Origin: an uncultured bacterium
GTDB lineage: Bacteria; Verrucomicrobiota; Verrucomicrobiia; Limisphaerales; UBA8199
Reading direction: 5' to 3'
DNA length: 64,000 nt
Assembly (NCBI GenBank): GCA_963749495.1
Contig: CAVVMW010000006.1
Coordinates: forward strand, 800,001-864,000
A model generated the notes under the pieces. That model was not told the origin of the DNA. It ran no database searches and saw only the letters and a program-made list of their open reading frames with translations. This document shows, in pieces, positions 30,007 to 38,471 of the stretch (positions within the stretch are counted from its first letter, which is position 1; each line of letters opens with the position of its first letter). The translations under genes and the position numbers were made by a program.

Positions 30007-31481
30007 GGTTGGGGAGAGGGCGGGTTGGGGTCATAGGGACTCAAGTCGGCCGGGGGCAGGTCCAGTTCCAAGAGGTCCTGCCGGCGGGTCAGGTGCAAGG
30101 GCGAGGGCGCCACGGCGTGGCGCTCGCGTTGTTCCAACAGGTTGGCGATGTATTCGCAGCCGTACGCATCGAAGGTCAGGGCGTCCTGGAGGGCGCGGGC
30201 CACTTTATCGGGGCCGTAGAGTTGGCTCAACGCAACGATCTTTTGGATGTGATGGGGAGCGTTGAAGCGTTTTTCCCGGAGTTTACGGCCGTAGAGTTCG
30301 GCCTGCGGTCCCAGGCTCAGGAACGCTTGCAGGCAGGTTTGGTCGCGGGCGCGGTGACGCTGCGTCAGGAGTTCCTGGATATGGTCGGGGTTGCGGATGT
30401 CCTGGCGGCGGTCGTAGCCGCGCAGGTGGGTAGCGATCAGCTTTTCGTGGTGATAGCAGAGCACTTGGTCAGGATAGATTTTGAGGCTCAGTTGCTGGGA
30501 GGCATAGAGGTGAGGCACGGTGTAGCGATTGGTCTCAAAAACGACGCGGCAACAACTGTTGGCGCTGGTGGGCCGGACGACTCCGCAGTCATAAGGACGG
30601 AGCGGCAGGGCTTTGAGCAGGGGCTTTTCCTGAGCAAACCGTTCCAGGGGTTTGACGTGGGTCTCGCCGTGGATACGCACGTTGGCCACGGTATCCTGCC
30701 ACTGCCGGGCGGCGGGATTGACGGCCTCGAAGGAGGGGATCTGCAAACCGCTCAGGAAGTTCTTTTTGACGTAGCCCACGCCATTTTCCACGCGCCCTTT
30801 TTCGTTCGCCTTTTTGACCTGGCAGGCAACGGGGACGAAGCCATGGTGGGCGGCGAAGTCCAGGTAGCGCGGGTTGAAACGGGCCGCAGCGCCCAGCGGA
30901 TGTTCGAGCACCCCAACCTTGAGATTATCGATCATGACTTTAGCGGGGATGCCCCCGAAGAACTCGAAGGCATGGCGGTGGCAGGAGAGGAACTGTTCCA
31001 TGCCTTCGGAGAGGGTAAACTCCACATAGATGAGGCGGCTGAAGCACAGGACCATCACGAAGAAGCTCAAGCGCCGTCTGGTAGAGCCGACGGTGACGGA
31101 GCCGAAGCTGCCCCAATCAACCTGCGCGCATTCCCCCGGGGCAAACTCCAGCGTCAGGAAGGCGGGTTTGCGCATCGGGCGCACCAGGCGGACAAACTCC
31201 TTGAGGATGCTGTAACCGCCAGCGTAGCCCTGGGGTTTGAGTTCCTGGAGGATTTGCTGAGCGCTGTAAGGATGACGTTCCAGCAGGCCAACAATCCGGC
31301 CCTTGAACGCGTCGAGCTTACTGGGGCGTTTGCCGCCTCGGCGTTGGTGATAGCTGGTCTGCTCCGCCCACTTGGCAACGGTTTTGGGGTCCAGTTGAAG
31401 TTCCACCGCAACCTGGGCGGCAGTGAGATGCTTTTCATCCAAGAGCACTCGAAGCTGGCAGAAGGTGGGGTAATCGATCAT
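30003..31481 (-). CDS. istA: IS21 transposase IstA
   Basis: HTH, SKLD.FK, PGECAQVDWG, FFGGIP..IDNLK, EKGRVENGVGYVK. Confidence 0.95.
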   Translation of the reverse strand: MIDYPTFCQLRVLLDEKHLTAAQVAVELQLDPKTVAKWAEQTSYHQRRGGKRPSKLDAFKGRIVGLLERHPYSAQQILQELKPQGYAGGYSILKEFVRLVRPMRKPAFLTLEFAPGECAQVDWGSFGSVTVGSTRRRLSFFVMVLCFSRLIYVEFTLSEGMEQFLSCHRHAFEFFGGIPAKVMIDNLKVGVLEHPLGAAARFNPRYLDFAAHHGFVPVACQVKKANEKGRVENGVGYVKKNFLSGLQIPSFEAVNPAARQWQDTVANVRIHGETHVKPLERFAQEKPLLKALPLRPYDCGVVRPTSANSCCRVVFETNRYTVPHLYASQQLSLKIYPDQVLCYHHEKLIATHLRGYDRRQDIRNPDHIQELLTQRHRARDQTCLQAFLSLGPQAELYGRKLREKRFNAPHHIQKIVALSQLYGPDKVARALQDALTFDAYGCEYIANLLEQRERHAVAPSPLHLTRRQDLLELDLPPADLSPYDPNPPSPQP

Positions 31482-31879
31482 GGCCGACCTCCCGCCAAGG
31501 CCCGGCGCAGGATGTCGCCCACGCACTGAGCTTGCTCGCTGCGAGGTGCGTCCGGGGCCACCGGCTCGGAGGAGACCTCCGGCAGGGCCAGCACCTGGTA
31601 GAGAGGTTTTTGATAGGCGATGAGCCCGGCCCGCTCCAATTGCTGACGCGCTGAGGCCAGTTCCAACGGATCCAGCTTGAGCTGCCGCCCCAGGGCCGCC
31701 TCGGAGTAGTAACTCAGGCCTTGGGCGTCGCCGACAGTGACCAGGAACAGGTAGAGAGCCCAGGCCCGGTGGTCGCAGGTTTTCAGATGGTGGTGACGAA
31801 TCAACCGGTGGTCCACCCAGCTAAAACTGCTGGGGACCTCACGGAGCCGATTGGGTCGGAGGAGACGTTTGATGATCAT
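31478..31879 (-). CDS. Winged-helix-like protein inside IS21
   Basis: FSWVDHRL..LYLFLVTVGDAQGLSYYS..ARQQLERAGLIAY; coupled to istA by an ATGA overlap. Confidence 0.75.
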   Translation of the reverse strand: MIIKRLLRPNRLREVPSSFSWVDHRLIRHHHLKTCDHRAWALYLFLVTVGDAQGLSYYSEAALGRQLKLDPLELASARQQLERAGLIAYQKPLYQVLALPEVSSEPVAPDAPRSEQAQCVGDILRRALAGGRP

Positions 31880-31881
31880 AA

Positions 31882-32386
31882 TCAGAACATGGTTTTTCGT
31901 TGCGTTGCTCTGGAAGCACCCGCCCCAGAATGATGCAACCCTGTTCTATCAGGCGGCGGATCAAAGGCTGGATGTCATCTTGTAACGTACTGCCCGCAAA
32001 CATCGAGAGCAGTCCGATAAACGCGGGCTCCTGTGCCAGGCAGAAATCTTGTAACGTACGGGCAGAGGTCTCGGTACGTTACGAGATGTCTGCTCGGGGT
32101 TAACCGCTTCTGCCTCAATTGGTTGAGTGCCTTCAGACGCAGGGGTTTTCCGCTTCCAATACCCTGGATGAGCCTTGCGCCAAGCCCGCACCCGGTCGGT
32201 GCCTTCGCCCTGCCGAAAGTGCGAAAGATTTTTGGGTTGGCGATACCAGCGCCGCTGGCTGGCGAGCTTGCTGGCCCGGCGGCAATCCGGTTTTTCGCAG
32301 TAGCGTTGATGCTTCCGGTTCCGGTAATCCGGGAAGAAAAACGCGTTGCAACACTGGCACTTACGTCGCTTGGACTTTGGGCTCAT
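31882..32386 (-). CDS. Cys-rich (Zn-finger-like) basic protein inside IS21 (frameshift near 32060)
   Basis: CQCC..F.PD.RN..QRYC..PDC, RVRAWRKAHPGYW. The shifted frame gives QEPAFIGLLSM..STLQDDI ending TGA 31882-31884. Confidence 0.65.
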
Positions 32387-32645
32387 CGCGCCCCAACAGC
32401 AACACAGCCGCCGAGCGGATCAAAACAAAACAATCGGCCCGAAGAAGAACCAAGGCGAAGAAGCAAGAAGAGCTCTCAGGAGAATAGCCGGAAGAAAAGA
32501 CCAGGGAAGAAGAAGGGAATTTCAAACCAGCGGTTTTCCGGGAATATCACTCCGCCGCTGGCAGCGAAGCCGGAGACGAAACCATGTTTCGTCTCTTCGG
32601 CCGCGCCGCATCTCGTGTTCTCCAATGGCGACCCTTTACGGGCGG

Positions 32646-32876
32646 TCAGACGCCTCCAGTTTGGACACGGTTGAAGATGCTCGGGCTCCGGAGTTTCTGC
32701 ATCGCCCGGTCGCAATCGTCCGTGTCGAACCGCACGAAGCGCCCCTGTTTGACGAACGGCAAGATGCGCCGCCGCATGAGGCTTGTAATCGTGCGCACGC
32801 TGCACTTTAAACGCGCGGCGATTTCGCGTTTAGTTTTCCAGCTTTTCTCCTGACGAGGAATGATTTCATCTTTCAT
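32646..32876 (-). CDS. Excisionase-like HTH_17 protein
   Basis: TKREIAARLKCSVRTITSLMRRRILPFVKQGRFVRFD. Confidence 0.8.
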   Translation of the reverse strand: MKDEIIPRQEKSWKTKREIAARLKCSVRTITSLMRRRILPFVKQGRFVRFDTDDCDRAMQKLRSPSIFNRVQTGGV

Positions 32877-33441
32877 GAGTCTTTCGTTTGCCGGAATTCT
32901 CGACGCAGAGTCCTCATGGAGGTCCGGCCCGGATGCCCTATGGAGCGTCGGTGGAGAAGGAAGCGGATTTGCCTGGGTCGGAGCGCATCCTGGTCCACTG
33001 CACTTGCAGAGCACATCCAAGCAAGGTGAAACGACTTTCGTGTCGTCGGGCCATCCTGGGCCGGCGCGAAGATGGTCAGAGGGGCTCGCCAAGCCGCAAG
33101 GGTTGCAGAGCGGTGGAATGACGGCGTCCGGAAGCCGGCTTGGTGTTCAATGGGCGGTGAATCCAATGCGGTTGCGGCCCGGAATCGATCCAGGGGCGTC
33201 AATCTCAGCCCATGACGGCCAGCTTTGATTACTGAATGAGTTCCGGCTGCCGTGGTTCCCTCAAAACCCGAGCCAGCAAGTTCGTTCCCTTGACCTCCTC
33301 GTAGCGCTCCTGGAGGTTCGGCCGCGTCGCGAGAGGCGGATCCACGAGTGAGGGAGTTTTTTCGCAGGAGACCTCTGCTCCTGTGATTGCCTATCGACTC
33401 GCTTGACCAAATCGTTTGAGCAGGCCCACACTGGTGACATC

Positions 33442-34518
33442 ATGTCATCGGAACCATTCAGGGAAGGTGGCCCGCACGACATTCGGCGGATAGGGCAAGA
33501 CCGTTATGAGATGTCGGTCAGCCTGCCTGTGGACCAGGACGGGCGAACGGCTCGCGAGTGCCCGCGTGCCGACTGTTCTCCTGGGTTCTTCAAGGTGAGG
33601 GGTGGGACCGGTGTTAAAAACCAAGCCGAGGCATTCTGCCCTTACTGCCGTGCCACCGGAAAGCCGACAGACTTCACTACGAAGGAGCAACTTCGGTATG
33701 CGAAAGAGCTTGTAGAGGCCCAAGCGTGCGAGGGCGTTGAACGGATGATGAAGGAAGCCCTTGGTCTCGATTCCCAGGGGCGCCGCCAGTTGGTCGGTGG
33801 GTTTCTGAATGTCAGCATCGAGATGAAGTCGCCCCCGAAACCACACGTCTGGCGGCCGTGGGAAACCATCCTCAAACGCGATGCCGTGTGCCCCCGTTGC
33901 CAACTGGATCAGTCGGTTTACGGTTTGGCTGTGTGGTGCGCGGATTGTGGGGCAGACATTTTCTCAACGCATATTCTCGGCGAAATGAATGTCATTCGAG
34001 CGATGTTGGCTGATGTGCGACGCCGCCGAGATCTGCTCGGGGAACGCGCCGCCGCGAAAGATGTTGAGAACGCATTGGAAGACCTGGTCTCGGTCTTTGA
34101 GGCGGTGTTGAAGATTGATCTGCAGCGTTTTATGCGCCTTCATGGTGTCCTCGATTCCGAGGTTGATACCAAAATGCGCCGTATCGGCAGCCGGATGCAA
34201 TCGGTATCCAACGCAGAGGCCATCGTGCCAGACCATTGCAATGGGACTCAGTTGTTCAGTGGGGCGGTGGTGCTTCACGGGCTCGATCTCGTGTTTCAAA
34301 AGCGCCATCCCATTACGCATAACCTCGGTGTAATTGATCGCAAATACCTTGAGCGTGTTCGGAGCGGTGAAATGGAAGGGCGGGAAGTCCGCGTCGGACA
34401 AGAAGAGGTTCAGCAGGCAGCCGACGCCGTGTTTCTCGTGCTGGAGGACCTGCACGTGCGTTTGTTTCCAGACTCGGTCAAGGCCGCCGGCCCTCCTCCA
34501 CTGAGCACCAAGCCCTGA
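33442..34518 (+). CDS. Double Zn-ribbon plus HEPN-like protein
   Basis: CPRADC..CPYC and CPRC..CADCG; C-terminal FQKRHPITHNLGVIDRKYL (Rx4H). Confidence 0.7.
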   Translation: MSSEPFREGGPHDIRRIGQDRYEMSVSLPVDQDGRTARECPRADCSPGFFKVRGGTGVKNQAEAFCPYCRATGKPTDFTTKEQLRYAKELVEAQACEGVERMMKEALGLDSQGRRQLVGGFLNVSIEMKSPPKPHVWRPWETILKRDAVCPRCQLDQSVYGLAVWCADCGADIFSTHILGEMNVIRAMLADVRRRRDLLGERAAAKDVENALEDLVSVFEAVLKIDLQRFMRLHGVLDSEVDTKMRRIGSRMQSVSNAEAIVPDHCNGTQLFSGAVVLHGLDLVFQKRHPITHNLGVIDRKYLERVRSGEMEGREVRVGQEEVQQAADAVFLVLEDLHVRLFPDSVKAAGPPPLSTKP

Positions 34519-34660
34519 CGAACCATGGTCTGGGCACCAGGACGAGAGTTTGCTTCATGCGGCCGTTGTGAGGGCTGCGCGCTTACCCCGACGCACCCTG
34601 AGGCATTTGGGGAGACTGACGCGGGCCTCGGATTGACCGAAAAAAGAGTCAAAATTGTTG

Positions 34661-34690
34661 TTGACAAGCGTTAACCCTTGGGGTTAATTA
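34661..34690 (+). promoter_or_regulatory. higBA promoter with overlapping palindromic operator
   Basis: TTGACA at 34661; TTAACCC-TTG-GGGTTAA at 34671-34687. Confidence 0.75.
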
Positions 34691-34702
34691 TCGTGGTGAC
34701 GC

Positions 34703-35038
34703 GTGGAAATCTCATTCATTAACGCGAAGCTCGCCAAAGAACTGGCGGACGAGCAAACGATCCTCCGGAAATACGGGCCGGATAACGGGCGGCGGATCTG
34801 CCTGCGGCTGGCCCAATTGATCTCGGCAGAAAATCTGGAAATTCTTCGGTTTTTGCCCCAATTGCGGGCTCACGAGCTTGCCGGCGACCGCGCCGGGCAG
34901 ATTTCCGTGGACGTGAAGCATCCGCGCCGTCTGCTGCTGATGCCGGACCACGCCCAGCTTCCCCGCAAACCCGATGGCGGGCTGGACTGCAAGCGCGTCA
35001 CCAGGGTGAAGGTCCTGGGCATCATCGACACACATTGA
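34703..35038 (+). CDS. higB: HigB/RelE-type toxin
   Basis: MEISF..KL..YG..RAHELAGDRAGQISVDVKHPRRLL..IIDTH. Confidence 0.85.
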   Translation: MEISFINAKLAKELADEQTILRKYGPDNGRRICLRLAQLISAENLEILRFLPQLRAHELAGDRAGQISVDVKHPRRLLLMPDHAQLPRKPDGGLDCKRVTRVKVLGIIDTH

Positions 35039-35043
35039 ACAAC

Positions 35044-36129
35044 ATGAACACGACATTCGAACCAAATTTTGTGGTCCCGCCGGGGGAAACGCTGGCGGAG
35101 GCCCTCGAGACCCTGGGCATGACTCAGGCCGAGCTTGCCGGGCGGATGGGGCGGCCTCTGAAGACCATCAACGAGATCGTCGCTGGTAAAGCGATGATTA
35201 CCGCCGACACGGCGCTGCAACTGGAAAAGGTGCTCGGGGTGCCGGCCTCGTTTTGGACCAACCACGAACGCGTCTATCGCAACGCCCTGGCCCGGCGGCG
35301 CGAAACCAGCCAACTGGAACAGCAACTGGACTGGCTTGGCACCATGCCCGTCAAGGAACTCGTTCGTGTCGGTTGGGTTGCGCCAGCCGCTGGACCTGTG
35401 GGTCAACTTCGCGCTGTCCTGAGCTTCTTCGGTGTGGCGGGGGTCGAGGAATGGCGGGCGATTTGGGAAAGCCCGGAGGCCGCTTTCCGACAGACACGGG
35501 CGTATGTTGCCAGCCCTGGAGCCACTGCCGCCTGGCTCCGAAAGGGAGAAATCGAAGGCCAAAAAGTTGATTGTGCTACCTTCGACCAGGGCCTTTTCAC
35601 GGAAGCGCTTCGCCAAGTGCGCGGCTTCACGTTCAAGGACCCGGCGGAGTTCGTTCCTGATCTCCGCGAGCAGTGCATGCGAGCAGGCGTCGCAGTGGTC
35701 TTCGTCCCGCCTTTGACCGGGGTGCGCGCTTACGGTGTCACCCGGTGGATGCATAGCTCCAAGGCTCTGATCCAGATGAGCCTGCGGGGCAAGACGGACG
35801 ATCACCTGTGGTTCACGTTCTTTCACGAGGCCGGGCACGTTTTGAAGCATGGCAAACGGGCCGTGTTTGTCGAACAGGGCGAAGAGGAAGCCGCAGTCCG
35901 TGACCCCCGGGAGGCCGAGGCGGATGTCTTCGCGCAGGAATGGCTGATTCCCTCGACCGACTACGAGCGATTCTGCGCGAACGGCGATTTGAGCGTCGCG
36001 GCTATCCGGCGATTTGCCGGCAGGATCGGCCTGGCGCCCGGGATCGTGGCCGGGCGTTTGCAGCACGACCGCCGGATACCATTTTCGCGAGCCAACCAGC
36101 TTAAGCGCCGATTCGATTTCGGAAACTGA
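35044..36129 (+). CDS. higA: HigA antitoxin HTH fused to ImmA/IrrE metallopeptidase
   Basis: VPPGETLAEALE..MTQAELA.RMG..KTINEI..G; WFTFFHEAGHVL; EAEADVFA. Confidence 0.9.
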   Translation: MNTTFEPNFVVPPGETLAEALETLGMTQAELAGRMGRPLKTINEIVAGKAMITADTALQLEKVLGVPASFWTNHERVYRNALARRRETSQLEQQLDWLGTMPVKELVRVGWVAPAAGPVGQLRAVLSFFGVAGVEEWRAIWESPEAAFRQTRAYVASPGATAAWLRKGEIEGQKVDCATFDQGLFTEALRQVRGFTFKDPAEFVPDLREQCMRAGVAVVFVPPLTGVRAYGVTRWMHSSKALIQMSLRGKTDDHLWFTFFHEAGHVLKHGKRAVFVEQGEEEAAVRDPREAEADVFAQEWLIPSTDYERFCANGDLSVAAIRRFAGRIGLAPGIVAGRLQHDRRIPFSRANQLKRRFDFGN

Positions 36130-36147
36130 GACTACCCAAGGCCATTC

Positions 36148-37348
36148 ATGCGTTCTAGAGGCAGTCAAACGATCACCACGGTTGACACGAAAGAAACCAG
36201 GCGATTGCGACGAGCCATCCGGGTATCCCTGAAGGCACAGGGATTCACAATTGGCGAGGATGGGGTGTCATTTCGCCGGAAGAAAGACAAGCGGAGCATC
36301 CGGAAACGCCATGGACATGCTGTGGCCAAGCAGGCCGAGCTCGCGGCCCCGACCCTCTCACCGCACGAAGACAGGCTGCTCAGTTTTATCGCCTCAGGCT
36401 CCGAGATTGACCCGACTCAAATCAAACCAAAGTTAGTGCAAGTCGAACCGGATTCGGAACACTCGCGTTTGTTTCGCTACGCGTGTCTGCATTGGAGCAT
36501 TCCGATCTCTGAGGGTTACGGGAGGCGGCTTCGCTTTCTGATCTTCGATGAGAGCAACGGTAAACTCATCGGGTTGTTTGGACTCGGAGATCCGGTCTAT
36601 TCCATCAAGGACCGGGACCGTTGGATCGGCTGGAGTGCAGAAGCGAAGGCCGAACGGCTTTACCACGTAATGGATGCCTGCGTGCTCGGAGCGGTCCAGC
36701 CGTATTCTCGCCTGCTGGGAGGAAAACTGGTCGCGTTGGCCATCTCCACAAATGAAGTCCGCGAGGCATTCGCGCTCCGTTATGGTGGCCGAAGGGCGCT
36801 GATCTCAAAGAAAAGGCGAGATCCCCACTTGGCGCTCATCACGACCACTTCGGCGCTTGGCAGGTCCTCGATTTACAACCGGGTGAAGTATCGCAAGCGG
36901 CTGGTGATGGAGAGCGTGGGCTTCACGAGCGGCTGGGGCGAGTTCCATTTTTTCTGACGGTGTTTACGAGGACTTGTCCGATTTTGCGGCCAGGCACTGC
37001 GCCCCGACGGCGAAGAACGAAACCTGGGGGACGGGTTTCCGGAATCGTCGCGAACTGGTTCGCAAAGCCCTCTCGAAACTCGGCTTCTCTCAGGAAATGC
37101 TGAACCACGGCATTAAGCGTGAGCTGTTCGTGGCGCCACTGGCCAAGAACACGCGCCCGTTCCTCAAGGGAAACACGGAAACCCCGCGCTATTTCAGTAG
37201 GCCTTTTGACAAGACTGCTAAGTTTTGGCGCGAGCGATGGTTGCTGCCGCGGGCCGAACGCGACTCGTCTTATCACGACTTCGACTGCGAGGAATGGCGG
37301 CTCTGGAAGAAAGAATCTCATGCCCGAAGACAGCCAAAGCCCGTTTAG
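36148..37348 (+). CDS. druA: DruA-like (DUF4338) protein (one extra T in run 36948-36953)
   Basis: HWSIPISEGYGRRLRFL..GKLIGL.GLGDPV..RDRWIGW..LGAVQPYS.LLGGKLVA..TTTSALGRSSIYNR. Confidence 0.85.
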
Positions 37349-38471
37349 CGACCTGCCTGCCGCGCTGGTTGATGAGGTCATCCTCTGCTGACAGGGCATC
37401 GGGAAACGCCTTCTCCAATCGTTCGAGCAAGTTCGCGCTGACCGCCAGAAGCGCCGAGACCAACTCGCGGCGGCCCGGCTTCTGCGCCGGGAGTCGGAGC
37501 TTGAAAACCCGCACATTCCCACTTGCTGCGGCGTGGACGGCTCCTACGCCGTGGAGCGCCTGCTGACGACTGATCTCGCGGCTGCGGCGGCAGTCGCTGT
37601 CGAAGGCCTAACGCCGCCCTCGGAAAAGCGATTCTGGCCTGAACCCAGGCATCAGGCCGTGGTCGAAGCCGAGACCCACAATGACACGACCAGCACGGTC
37701 TTGCGGGGCCTGATGATGACGATGGAGTTGGGGCTCGCGGCCCAGGCGCCTCACGACCTTGTTTTCCTGGATGGTTCAACGACCACGCCGGTGATCTACC
37801 TTAATCAAGCCCTGAGTCGCGCCAATGCTCCATACGCGCCCACATTCGGCGAAACGCTCAAGCGGCGCGCAAAAGATGGATTGGCTGCCTACCTGGCGAT
37901 ATTGAGGTCGGAACGATCAGACAAGTGCTGGGCTTTCTGCCCGAAATATGCGACCACTCGGGAAATCGGCATCGAGATGGATTGGCCCGTGTCTTACGAT
38001 GACCGCGGGATGTTGACGATGTTGCTGGAGGCAGGCGAGTTCACGGACGCAAGAGGTCTCCAGGAACCCGAGTCTCCCTGGCATATCAACACGAGCGCCG
38101 TTCCGGAGTCTGACCGGGACGAGGCAAAACACCTGGAAGAGCGCGTTGTCGCCGCTCTGGAGGACGTCGCGGTCATTTACTATAAGCCGTCTCGTTGGTC
38201 CCCGGCACTGCGCCTCGAGGTGAGCCGTCATGTAGCGGAGAATAGGAGCCGGCTAGCAGCCCTGCTCCAGGGCGTGAAACTCCAGTCTGCATGCCCCGCC
38301 ATAATGGAGCCATACCCCCTTTACCTGGCCGACCGGATGGTAAAATCGCTTCCAGGTGCCATCCCAGCCTTCCGGCAAGTCGCAACCCAAAGCATCGCAG
38401 CCACTTACACGGGCAGCTTGGATGAAGTCTTTTACGGAATGCACGCCTATCGGACCGAAGGAGGTGCCTGA
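37320..38471 (+). CDS. nurA: NurA-family nuclease (in-frame TGA at 37389-37391)
   Basis: GVDGSY, VFLDGS, PYPLYLADRMVK. The N-terminal PFSDLPAALVDEV is in the same frame upstream of the TGA. Confidence 0.78.

Larger units (their letters stand above)
29137..32563 (-). mobile_element. IS21-family element carrying two extra upstream genes
   Basis: Ends TGTCAGCGGCGG (29137) and CCGCCGCTGGCA (32552-32563) form an imperfect inverted repeat extending about 45 bp. istA/istB lie inside. No target duplication seen. Confidence 0.8.

Noticed and set aside
32646..33400. Integrase/att site next to the excisionase-like gene
   Set aside because: No recombinase, tRNA or direct-repeat att core was visible in the window.
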